Positions 15,682 through 23,227 of a stretch of DNA of 32,000 nt are shown one piece after another. A program made the translations under genes and the position numbers. The stretch is from NCBI RefSeq assembly GCF_051948935.1, contig NZ_JAYJLO010000003.1, forward strand, positions 455,388 through 487,387. Direction: 5' to 3'. The notes beneath the pieces are model-generated. The model did no database searches, was not told the DNA's origin, and was given only the letters and a program-made list of their open reading frames with translations. The DNA comes from Bacillus sp. Brlt_9 (lineage in GTDB: Bacteria; Bacillota; Bacilli; Bacillales; Bacillaceae_G). Every line of letters begins with the position of its first letter. The first letter of the stretch is position 1.

Positions 15682-15761
15682 TAGGGAAACTAAATGGAAT
15701 AAATGCATAAAAACAAATTAGGGAAATAGGGAAATGAAATTATAAAAGGGAAATAGGGAAC
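15682..15761 (+). promoter_or_regulatory. Array of five same-orientation (T/A)AGGGAA(A/C) octamers in a divergent intergenic region
   Basis: Copies start at 15682, 15719, 15727, 15746 and 15754. Two abutting pairs (b/c and d/e) begin 27 bp apart. Confidence 0.5.
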
Positions 15762-15841
15762 TTTTTAAATAGAATAATAAATTTTAGTTTTTTTGATCAA
15801 AACTACTTATAATGTAAAAAAATCAAGGGAGTTGTCGTGAA

Positions 15842-16363
15842 ATGGAAAAGGTAATCATATACGGATTTAATAATGGTAAGTTTGTTAGAAGAAAAGTTGT
15901 TGAAGTAGAGAACGTAAATGAATTAAGAACAAATGATGGACTTCTTGAAGCATTTGAAAAAAGTTATAAGAGCAAAATACCACATACTTTTGTTCCGTAT
16001 GGGATAGATCCAAACTATCATCCGGAGCTGATACAAATGATCAATATTGCTAAAGAAAATGTTAAGAACTACATTAATGATTTGTATTGGTATGATGTAT
16101 TTTTGTATTTTACTTTTGGTAAAGAAGTGCTTTGGATGCCTTATGAAAATGGGACTTGTATATTTTCATTAAATCCCGCTGATAGTGTTGAAGTAAACGA
16201 AATGGACCAAGCGAAATTTAGTCATTATAAAGAACGTGCAAATGCTATATATCAAATGTCTAACGGTGAATTAAAAGAGATTCCCTTTAAGAAAGCGGAA
16301 GAGTTATTAGAGATAGCTAAAATCTCAACAGAAAAACATATAAAAGCAAAAGCAGTACTCTAA
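15842..16363 (+). CDS. Hypothetical protein
   Basis: AAGGGAG RBS. 173-aa ORF. Confidence 0.7.
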   Translation: MEKVIIYGFNNGKFVRRKVVEVENVNELRTNDGLLEAFEKSYKSKIPHTFVPYGIDPNYHPELIQMINIAKENVKNYINDLYWYDVFLYFTFGKEVLWMPYENGTCIFSLNPADSVEVNEMDQAKFSHYKERANAIYQMSNGELKEIPFKKAEELLEIAKISTEKHIKAKAVL

Positions 16364-16381
16364 TAAAGAGCACTGCTTTTT

Positions 16382-16966
16382 TTAAAAGTTTTTGGCTGCC
16401 ATCTTAATGATTTTATCGACCGCACGCTCGTTATTCCCATCAGAGAAAGCTTGAATATAGTTACTCCATAGCGTGGATAAAAGTAACTCTACTGAAAAAT
16501 GTTTTCCGGTTAATTCATCTAATTCAAGCAGGAACATTTCACCACGCTTCACGTTTCTTTTAGAAATTGTATAGTTAATAGTAATGTTACTTTGATATTT
16601 TTTCTTAAATATTTGTACTTGATTCGCGCCGGGGTTATTTATTTCAATAGTATCTGCTTCTAAATCATATTGAGTTAACTCTTCATACATTTTTTTAATG
16701 CTGTGTTTTTTCATATATCGCTGAATGAAATCTACATAAAGAATGTTGAGGAATTGTGATGTATCCATTGGAGTTTCATAGACGGTTTGAATATAGTCAC
16801 AGATAAGTCGGGTTCTTAAATAGAGAGTGTGAGGGATAGTTACAGCTAGTTCTACTTCTGTAGACTGTCTATCGATCCAAGACTCAAACCAATGAATAAT
16901 AGGACTTTTAATATTTGATAGTTGTACTTCTCTACCTAATAAATCTACTTTACTATACGATTTCAT
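16382..16966 (-). CDS. Hypothetical protein
   Basis: AGGAGG RBS. 194-aa ORF. Confidence 0.75.
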   Translation of the reverse strand: MKSYSKVDLLGREVQLSNIKSPIIHWFESWIDRQSTEVELAVTIPHTLYLRTRLICDYIQTVYETPMDTSQFLNILYVDFIQRYMKKHSIKKMYEELTQYDLEADTIEINNPGANQVQIFKKKYQSNITINYTISKRNVKRGEMFLLELDELTGKHFSVELLLSTLWSNYIQAFSDGNNERAVDKIIKMAAKNF

Positions 16967-17084
16967 TTAAATGACCTCCTAGGTTCGCGTTCTTTTGTTA
17001 TAGTCTATGGTTTGTCATTCCAATCTATGAATAAAAAATAAAACTTTTGGGAATGATAGAGCTATAAAATTAATCGGAGGTAAT

Positions 17085-17192
17085 ATGATGAAAGTAAAAG
17101 TGAGTGAAAAAGAAAAAAAGAGAGTACAAAAATTAATGAAAAAAGTGAAAGAGAAAGGACCGTTAAAACAAACAAGAATACTAAAATTTTAG
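17085..17192 (+). CDS. Possible 35-aa lysine-rich basic peptide, below the ORF-track cutoff
   Basis: MMKVKVSEKEKKRVQKLMKKVKEKGPLKQTRILKF. GGAGG RBS 5 nt upstream and a strong terminator immediately after. Confidence 0.45.
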   Translation: MMKVKVSEKEKKRVQKLMKKVKEKGPLKQTRILKF

Positions 17193-17198
17193 TTACTT

Positions 17199-17240
17199 AA
17201 AGCCACTGTTATATTTAAAGATATAAGTGGCTTTTTATTT
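17199..17240 (+). terminator. Rho-independent terminator
   Basis: AAAGCCACT...AGTGGCTTTTT. Confidence 0.8.
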
Positions 17241-17297
17241 TTCTATACGAAGCAATAACAATGTAAACTGACATAAACGCTATTAGGGAGATAAAAA

Positions 17298-17918
17298 ATG
17301 AATAGAAAATGGGTTAATTTGAAAATACCAAATGAGATAGTTCATCTAGATAACCTATGGAATATTTGGCAGCGTAAAGTGCCATATTTGAATCAGAAAG
17401 ATTTAGGTTGGACTATATGGAGTTTTGCAGACAGAAATAATATTAGTCTTACAAGGGAGAACTATGCAGAGCTGGTTATTATGTTTTTAGAAGAAAATTC
17501 GTATGAGTTGAAAATAGGATTAGAAAGCTTATTGAGAAAGGACCAGCAAGAGCTAAAAAATATGGTTCGAGATGTGGACAAAATAGGGATAGGGATCCAT
17601 TTACATATGGTCAATTGGGAAATAGTGTTTGACATAAAGCCTATGATATTCAACTTAGACGAAGAAAGCGCTCAAGGTGAAGTTAGTAGAATATTAGAAA
17701 TGATGCCTGAAGAGCTACTTTTACAGATAGAGTTACAAGAGTTTTTCATTCCAAGTGATATGTCGAATGTACAGAGGATGATATGGTATAAAGAAGCTTG
17801 GTGTAAGTGCGTAAAAGTAAAATATAGAAGTGCCTTTCAAGAGGTGATTGAATTCATCCTTGAAGATTCTAGAAAAAAATTAAATGAACTAAAGAAAGAG
17901 TTTAATGTTAGAATTTAA
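17298..17918 (+). CDS. Hypothetical protein, paralog 1 of a tandem pair
   Basis: GGGAG RBS. Shares LWNIWQRKVPY..LGW, MPEELLLQIELQEFF and KLNELKKEF with the next ORF. Confidence 0.8.
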   Translation: MNRKWVNLKIPNEIVHLDNLWNIWQRKVPYLNQKDLGWTIWSFADRNNISLTRENYAELVIMFLEENSYELKIGLESLLRKDQQELKNMVRDVDKIGIGIHLHMVNWEIVFDIKPMIFNLDEESAQGEVSRILEMMPEELLLQIELQEFFIPSDMSNVQRMIWYKEAWCKCVKVKYRSAFQEVIEFILEDSRKKLNELKKEFNVRI

Positions 17919-18034
17919 GGAATGGTGTTTAGTGTTTGTTTAATTTACATACAAGTTATCTATTTATAATTTTTTTCTATTCTTGGATGCTAATACATTA
18001 GAATATGGAAAATGGTTTTAAAGGAGAATGTAGA

Positions 18035-18655
18035 ATGTCAAGAATGGAAAAAGATTGGGTAAATCAGTTTAATAAAATATGGCGATTGTGGGTAGAGAAG
18101 GCTCCTTATTTTGTTGATCCTGATATTGGTTGGGCTATTGTAACATATATGAAAGAAGAGGATATTTCATTTATTCATAACAATCCTGTTGAGGTGTTTA
18201 TTGGATTTTTACATAAAAATTATAGAATGTTGTATTTAGATTTTATTTTTAAGGAAAAAGAAGTTGATGAAGGTTTTTTTAGTCTAATTGGGTATATTAA
18301 TAAATTTGAAATCGATGTTCATTTTTATTTAGAAGATTGGAAAGTTAAACTTGAACTAATTCCAATGAATGAATTTATTAATAGTGGACTGGCTTACGAA
18401 AGGGCTCTGGCTTTACTTAATGGGATGCCGGAAGAATTTCAAAGGAGAATAGAGGTTCAAGAAATGTTTATGTCTGAAAGCCTGTCTGATCAGGATAGGT
18501 TAATGTCTTATAAAAAACAATGTTGTGATTATATTACTTGTACATATAAAGACGTGATTTCTGATATGAAAAAATATGTTATATCTAACACGCACGTAAA
18601 ATTAAAAGAGCTAAAGCAGGAGTTAATGATTTATAGCACAATTGGTTCAAAGTAA
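18035..18655 (+). CDS. Hypothetical protein, paralog 2 of a tandem pair
   Basis: AAAGGAG RBS before the ATG at 18035. FNKIWRLWVEKAPY..IGW, MPEEFQRRIEVQEMF and KLKELKQEL. Confidence 0.8.
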   Translation: MSRMEKDWVNQFNKIWRLWVEKAPYFVDPDIGWAIVTYMKEEDISFIHNNPVEVFIGFLHKNYRMLYLDFIFKEKEVDEGFFSLIGYINKFEIDVHFYLEDWKVKLELIPMNEFINSGLAYERALALLNGMPEEFQRRIEVQEMFMSESLSDQDRLMSYKKQCCDYITCTYKDVISDMKKYVISNTHVKLKELKQELMIYSTIGSK

Positions 18656-18662
18656 AATAAGT

Positions 18663-18698
18663 AAAAGCTAAATTTAATATAATTTGGCTTTTTTTTAT
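18663..18698 (+). terminator. Rho-independent terminator
   Basis: AAAAGCTAAATT-TAATAT-AATTTGGCTTTTTTTT. Confidence 0.8.
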
Positions 18699-18796
18699 TA
18701 CTAATTTTCCACTTTGACATTTGTAAATTTTATAATTGAAGCATATAAAGGGGCCTTGTTAACGGGGAACGTAAAACTCGTACAAAGGAGAATTAA

Positions 18797-19375
18797 ATGT
18801 TTAGTAATGGCCATAATAGAGTGGAAAAAGAAGTAATGAGAGGTTTAAGGAATCACTTGCCTTTCTTGTATCAAAGAGGGAAGTTAATTACAGATGTGTT
18901 CAAGTTGTTTTGCGGGGAAGACTACTTGGAATATATCGTTCAGGTATTAGAAAATGCGGACTTTACAGTTGAACCTGAGAACGGCGATTTAATCGGATGC
19001 AAAGGAAGGCGCTATCACAAATTGCAGAGTGACTTGGTTACATATGAAATGATGCTCACGTATAACTTGAAGTACGGCTTACAAGTGAGCTTAGATTATT
19101 CTGTTCGTTTGAAAATAAATGATGATGATGAAAGAATTGTCTTTTTGCTTCATAAGTATGCCCCTGAAAAAACTAATAATGAAAAACAGTTTTTAGAGTC
19201 TATGTCTTTGAAAGAGAAAGAAAGATTGTTAAATTGGTTATTAGAATTAGAAAAAGCTAAAAAAGAAGACATAGCAAAAGGGCTACGAATTGAAGAAATA
19301 AATAACTGTTTAGAACTCGGGATTTTAAACGTAGTATATGATGCAACTGCTCAAATGGTAAAAAGGGTTGGTTAA
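18797..19375 (+). CDS. Hypothetical protein
   Basis: AAAGGAG RBS. 192-aa ORF. Confidence 0.7.
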   Translation: MFSNGHNRVEKEVMRGLRNHLPFLYQRGKLITDVFKLFCGEDYLEYIVQVLENADFTVEPENGDLIGCKGRRYHKLQSDLVTYEMMLTYNLKYGLQVSLDYSVRLKINDDDERIVFLLHKYAPEKTNNEKQFLESMSLKEKERLLNWLLELEKAKKEDIAKGLRIEEINNCLELGILNVVYDATAQMVKRVG

Positions 19376-19517
19376 GAGTGCATTAAGAGTGGGGAAAGGA
19401 TTACAATTCATTAGTTCTTCCTGGCATAGGGGCGCTTATGGGTTGTATGTTATAAGCTGGTTTATAAAACAGTTTTGAATCGTAATCGGAAAACCAATTT
19501 CTAATGGGGTAGATGTA

Positions 19518-19721
19518 ATGAACCACCGTAAATATAAGAGAATAATGGAAACAGAAAAGGTTATTCAACGTATACAGGATGGAACAACCTATTACTGTTC
19601 AAATGAAAATTGTAAAAATAAAGTAGTGTTTAAAGACTATGAAGAAGGCAAAGTCGTATTTTGTGGAAAATGTCATACGGGTATATTTGTGAAAAACAAA
19701 AAGAAGAAAAAACGAAAATAA
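19518..19721 (+). CDS. Small zinc-ribbon-like protein with a poly-lysine tail
   Basis: CSNENC...CGKC Cys pairs. C-terminal KNKKKKKRK. Confidence 0.6.
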   Translation: MNHRKYKRIMETEKVIQRIQDGTTYYCSNENCKNKVVFKDYEEGKVVFCGKCHTGIFVKNKKKKKRK

Positions 19722-19731
19722 AACAAAAAAC

Positions 19732-19770
19732 AAAAGACCTATCGCAATTTAGATAAGTCTTTTTGTTTTT
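19732..19770 (+). terminator. Rho-independent terminator
   Basis: AAAAGACCTATC-loop-GATAAGTCTTTTTGTTTTT. Confidence 0.7.
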
Positions 19771-19914
19771 CTGATTTAAATGCATTAACCGTATTTCTAA
19801 TGGTTTCTAATGTATCTGCTGGTATATTGCTATCGCTAGAAAATTTCCGTTTTTTTTCTTGTAGAATATTCATTTTAAATTATTATAAGAAAAAATTACG
19901 GAGGTTTTATTATT

Positions 19915-20160
19915 ATGAAAAAGGTAGTAAAGTCAGATAAGAAAATCGCACTATATTCTTTATTTATGATGATGATTTGGGCATTATTAATGGTTGTAAT
20001 TGATACTAACGACACTACGTTGTTATTGATTTTTTGCTTTGCGTTTGTATTTACTTTTGGTGTTGGTATATTACCGGCATACAGACTATGGGCAAATGGC
20101 TTAAAGTTACAAACAAATCCTGAGGATCAACAAGATGAAGAGTGTACGAAGATGATTTAA
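19915..20160 (+). CDS. Small membrane protein (2 TM)
   Basis: GGAGG RBS. Two hydrophobic helices. Confidence 0.7.
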   Translation: MKKVVKSDKKIALYSLFMMMIWALLMVVIDTNDTTLLLIFCFAFVFTFGVGILPAYRLWANGLKLQTNPEDQQDEECTKMI

Positions 20161-20185
20161 GTCTATATTACAAATTATATTTTAT

Positions 20186-20217
20186 AAAAAGCTTCGATTT
20201 AATCGTAGCTTTTTTTA
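20186..20217. terminator. Bidirectional terminator
   Basis: AAAAAGCT-T-CGAT-TTA-ATCG-T-AGCTTTTTTT. Confidence 0.75.
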
Positions 20218-20285
20218 TTTCAAAAATAGATATAAAAAAAGAAACTACCTTTGGGTGGCCTCTTTTGCATTTATTGTGACTTTGA

Positions 20286-20465
20286 TTATCTTAATTTAAA
20301 TCTGTTTTCCCATACTGCTATTTTTTTAAGCTCTTCCTCTGTATATGGTTTAAGAAAAATATTTCTACCAAAGACGTCAGTAATTCTAGACCAACAAACA
20401 ACTCCAAAAACTAATACTTGTGACAGTAGAAATAAGAATCCGATAATAATAAGTGATGAGTTCAT
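20286..20465 (-). CDS. Possible 59-aa single-TM protein, below the ORF-track cutoff
   Basis: MNSSLIIIGFLFLLSQVLVFGVVCWSRITDVFGRNIFLKPYTEEELKKIAVWENRFKLR. GAAAGGAA upstream. More protein-like than the overlapping plus-strand ORF at 20251-20496. Confidence 0.45.
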   Translation of the reverse strand: MNSSLIIIGFLFLLSQVLVFGVVCWSRITDVFGRNIFLKPYTEEELKKIAVWENRFKLR

Positions 20466-20607
20466 AAAAAAACATTCCTTTCAAATTTTAAAATGAGTAT
20501 ACCTAATTTGGAGAGATAGGTGGAAAAAAAGTATAAAATCGAGGTGCAGAGTTACTAGCTAGGGTAGACAAGAAAAAAGACTTTTTAAGGAATATTTTGT
20601 AATCCTT

Positions 20608-20633
20608 TGGTACAATATTCATATTAGAATATT
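20608..20633 (+). promoter_or_regulatory. Extended -10 (TGGTACAAT) overlapping the inverted repeat AATATTC-N6-GAATATT upstream of the rtp homolog
   Basis: Read directly from the sequence. The repeat sits between the putative -10 and the RBS, consistent with an operator. Confidence 0.4.
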
Positions 20634-20655
20634 TGTTCGAAAGGGGAATAAGTAG

Positions 20656-21021
20656 ATGGGTACTGCGCATAAAAGTAGATTTCTAGTGAAGCAAAGAGCG
20701 TTTTTGAAAATATATTTAATTTATATGGCTGAAAAAAAGAAGTTATATGGTTTACAATTCCAAGAAACCATAAGAGAAGAATTTATGGCTTTTGGATATC
20801 GTCCTAACCATTCTGAAATATATAAATCGCTACACGAACTCATTGATGAAGGCATACTAAAGAGAATGAAAACATTAAAACAAGGAATGAAGTTTCAAGA
20901 GGTTATTTATTATAGGATTGAAGATAAAGAGAAAGCAGATTTATATAAAAAACAATTAAAAGTAGAACTGGATAGATGTCATAATATGCTCGGAAAAGCT
21001 ATAGCGGATATATATAGCTAA
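20656..21021 (+). CDS. rtp: Replication terminator protein (RTP) family winged-helix protein
   Basis: 121 aa. FLVKQRAFLKIYLIYM..KKLYGLQF, RPNHSEIYKSLHELIDEGILKR and LYKKQLKVELDRC are near-colinear with my recollection of B. subtilis Rtp (122 aa). Confidence 0.85.
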   Translation: MGTAHKSRFLVKQRAFLKIYLIYMAEKKKLYGLQFQETIREEFMAFGYRPNHSEIYKSLHELIDEGILKRMKTLKQGMKFQEVIYYRIEDKEKADLYKKQLKVELDRCHNMLGKAIADIYS

Positions 21022-21042
21022 TACAAAACATAAGTAAAGTTA

Positions 21043-21080
21043 AAAAAAACATTGTTTAATATATGAACAATGTTTTTTTA
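21043..21080 (+). terminator. Rho-independent terminator
   Basis: AAAACATTGTT-TAATATATG-AACAATGTTTTTTT. Confidence 0.8.
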
Positions 21081-21346
21081 TTTATATGTAAAGGTAGTAA
21101 GTAAAATGCGGTCTAAAATTAATCTTCACCATTAGTGAATTATTAAAATTGATTTTAGTAAATTAATAACTAATGGTAAATGGTTTTAGAAAACAGCCTT
21201 TTTATGTAAAAAACGCAAAATAAACATAGTTAAAGTGAATATAAATAATGTTTTTTCATTAAAAAACAAAAAAACAAATATTTATTTTTTCCAAACTGCA
21301 TTTTAAGGATCGTATACTTGAAAATAATAAAAGGGAGGGATGTTAT

Positions 21347-21889
21347 TTGGATTTTAAGGACAAATTTTATGAAGTGTGCAAGCAATTAGAACTGGTTAAT
21401 GATTCGTTTCCGCTCCTTATAATGCAAATACCAAATCATCATTTTTTTAAGGCCCGATACAATGAAATTTTGAATACAGATTCAGAGGTAGAAAAGATTG
21501 TACAGCGATACTTAATGGATATGAAATTTATATTAGATGTAAATGGTCTACCGTTTGAAATGCAGAATGTAATTAGAACGGCTTCAGATTTTCCTTTTAT
21601 TATTCAAATTGTATATGAGTATAAGAGGGGAATATACACTGATGTAGGTAAACATTATGCGACTAAAACCGAAGCACCGTATTACTTAGCGAAAGCAAAA
21701 GATCTGTTTTTCCCTGATTGGATGGTTATTCAAGAAAATTTTGGTGTAAGTAAAAATGAGTTGTTAGAAAAGTGGTTTAAAATATTCATCAAAAAAATTA
21801 ATACAGAATTAAATAATGTGATTGAAAAAGAATTAAGTGAACTAGAAAAAGAGTTAACTAAAAGAATAGAAGAAATTTATAAAAAATAA
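21347..21889 (+). CDS. Hypothetical protein (TTG start)
   Basis: AGGGAGGG RBS 7 nt before the TTG. 180-aa ORF. Confidence 0.7.
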   Translation: MDFKDKFYEVCKQLELVNDSFPLLIMQIPNHHFFKARYNEILNTDSEVEKIVQRYLMDMKFILDVNGLPFEMQNVIRTASDFPFIIQIVYEYKRGIYTDVGKHYATKTEAPYYLAKAKDLFFPDWMVIQENFGVSKNELLEKWFKIFIKKINTELNNVIEKELSELEKELTKRIEEIYKK

Positions 21890-22000
21890 TATTTCCCCTA
21901 TTTGAAAATATAACGATTATAATCTTAAAAATTTAGAACTTTGTCATTGTTAATAGAAACGATGACAGACAAAAAAACAAAATATTAAGGAGTGTTTTAA

Positions 22001-22603
22001 ATGAAAGTAGCATTAGTTAAAAAAGGTGAAGTTATTCAAGGAAATGCACAATCTATTACTCAGCAGGTAAAGGAGTTATTAAGCAAAAAACTTGGTTTCG
22101 AAATTGGGCTTGAAAGTAATGCAAGCGAGATTGAAAATGAAAGGGTTTTAGATAGTGAAGAATTTAAGTTAAGATTATGTTTAGAAGAGATTCAATTGGA
22201 GAAAGATCAACACAAAAAATTAGAAGAAGTAGGATTTACTTTTGAATTTGAAAATGATACACAAAAAATCATTTCAGTTTTAGGTTTATTAGCAATTAAA
22301 TGTTTTGTTGAACCAAGAACTGTTCAAATGATTCGGAATGGAGAAGTTATTTTTGAAAATCTATCCTGCGATGTAAGAGAGAAAATTGAAGAAATGATAG
22401 AAGAGAAGATTGGAATTACAGTTCAACTTCAAGAGGATGATACTGAGGATGAATTTGAAGTTTATGTCCACACTGACACTTATGAAGATTTAACGGAAGA
22501 GGAAATTGATAAAATAGAAGAGGTAGGAATAAACGAGGATCCTGTAGGTGGTACTCAAGCTATAAAAAAATATTTAGATATTGAATTCAAATATATTGAT
22601 TAA
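22001..22603 (+). CDS. Highly acidic protein made of two homologous ~100-aa halves
   Basis: AAGGAG RBS. GEVIQGNAQSITQQVKELLSKKLGFEIGLE aligns with GEVIFENLSCDVREKIEEMIEEKIGITVQLQ, and KLEEVGFTFEFENDTQKII aligns with KIEEVGINEDPVGGTQAIK. Confidence 0.75.
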   Translation: MKVALVKKGEVIQGNAQSITQQVKELLSKKLGFEIGLESNASEIENERVLDSEEFKLRLCLEEIQLEKDQHKKLEEVGFTFEFENDTQKIISVLGLLAIKCFVEPRTVQMIRNGEVIFENLSCDVREKIEEMIEEKIGITVQLQEDDTEDEFEVYVHTDTYEDLTEEEIDKIEEVGINEDPVGGTQAIKKYLDIEFKYID

Positions 22604-22615
22604 GGATGGAGAAAA

Positions 22616-22939
22616 ATGAAAAGAATTGTATTCGGAATTATTTTACCAAAAACGATCGATGAAAATTGGATTACTACATTTGCTGCTAATGAAAAGGAAT
22701 TGGAATATTTCCCTGAACATAGAGCTTTAGGCCAGATAATAAATGAATCAGATGATGATAAGACGTATTCTATTGAAGAAGTTATGGAGATAGTAGCCCA
22801 GAGTGAAAAAAAGAGTTGGCATCCAAACTTCAATCATTATTTAAAAAATAAGATACGTGAAAACTCAGAGGATACACATTTTATAGTAGAACCTAGATTG
22901 TTTCCTTTGTATGATTCATTGTTAAAAAATAATATGTAA
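22616..22939 (+). CDS. Hypothetical protein
   Basis: AAGGATGGAG RBS. Starts 12 nt after the previous stop. Confidence 0.7.
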   Translation: MKRIVFGIILPKTIDENWITTFAANEKELEYFPEHRALGQIINESDDDKTYSIEEVMEIVAQSEKKSWHPNFNHYLKNKIRENSEDTHFIVEPRLFPLYDSLLKNNM

Positions 22940-22956
22940 GGAATGAGGAATTGAAG

Positions 22957-23193
22957 ATGAAGGAAAGAACAATAAATGTGAAATTCCCGGAAATTGTATC
23001 TTTAAATGTACCAGAAATGAACTGGTTAAAGGAATGTTATGAAGAATTATCTATAGAGGATAAACAAAAAGTTAAAGAAATTGGTCTTGAAAAATGTGTT
23101 ACTTTTCCCGAGGAAGAATTAAAAGTACCTTTTAGTGAATCTATGAAAATTGTAAGATTTTTAATAGATCTACACGACAAATACGATATGTAA
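22957..23193 (+). CDS. Hypothetical small protein
   Basis: GAGG RBS. ATG at 22957 preferred over TTG at 22951. Third gene of a tight three-gene operon. Confidence 0.65.
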   Translation: MKERTINVKFPEIVSLNVPEMNWLKECYEELSIEDKQKVKEIGLEKCVTFPEEELKVPFSESMKIVRFLIDLHDKYDM

Positions 23194-23197
23194 AATA

Positions 23198-23227
23198 AAA
23201 AAAAGAACTCATTTATGAGTTCTTTTT
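23198..23227. terminator. Bidirectional terminator
   Basis: AAAAAAAAGAACTCAT-TT-ATGAGTTCTTTTT. Confidence 0.8.

Noticed and set aside
19739-19873. Minus-strand 44-aa ORF (MNILQEKKRKFSSDSNIPADTLETIRNTVNAFKSEKQKDLSKLR) in the intergenic region.
   Set aside because: There is no Shine-Dalgarno sequence upstream of its ATG. It also reads straight through the terminator hairpin of the plus-strand gene before reaching its stop.
20497-21346. B. subtilis-type Ter sites (remembered core CTATGTACYAAAT with an ACTAA A-site, or TGAACAT-type half-sites) flanking the rtp homolog.
   Set aside because: Only partial resemblances were found. These are TATGAACAATGTT inside the rtp terminator at about 21060, GTACAAT at 20610, and ACTAA/TTAGT repeats at 21128-21177. 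Spacing and core do not match my recollection of the consensus, and my recollection may itself be imperfect. They are reported only as sites to test.
21942-21967. The hairpin TGTCATTGTT-AATAGA-AACGATGACA as a terminator for the gene at 21347-21889.
   Set aside because: No T-run follows on either strand. It is more likely a leader or operator structure for the next operon, and it is mentioned under that finding.
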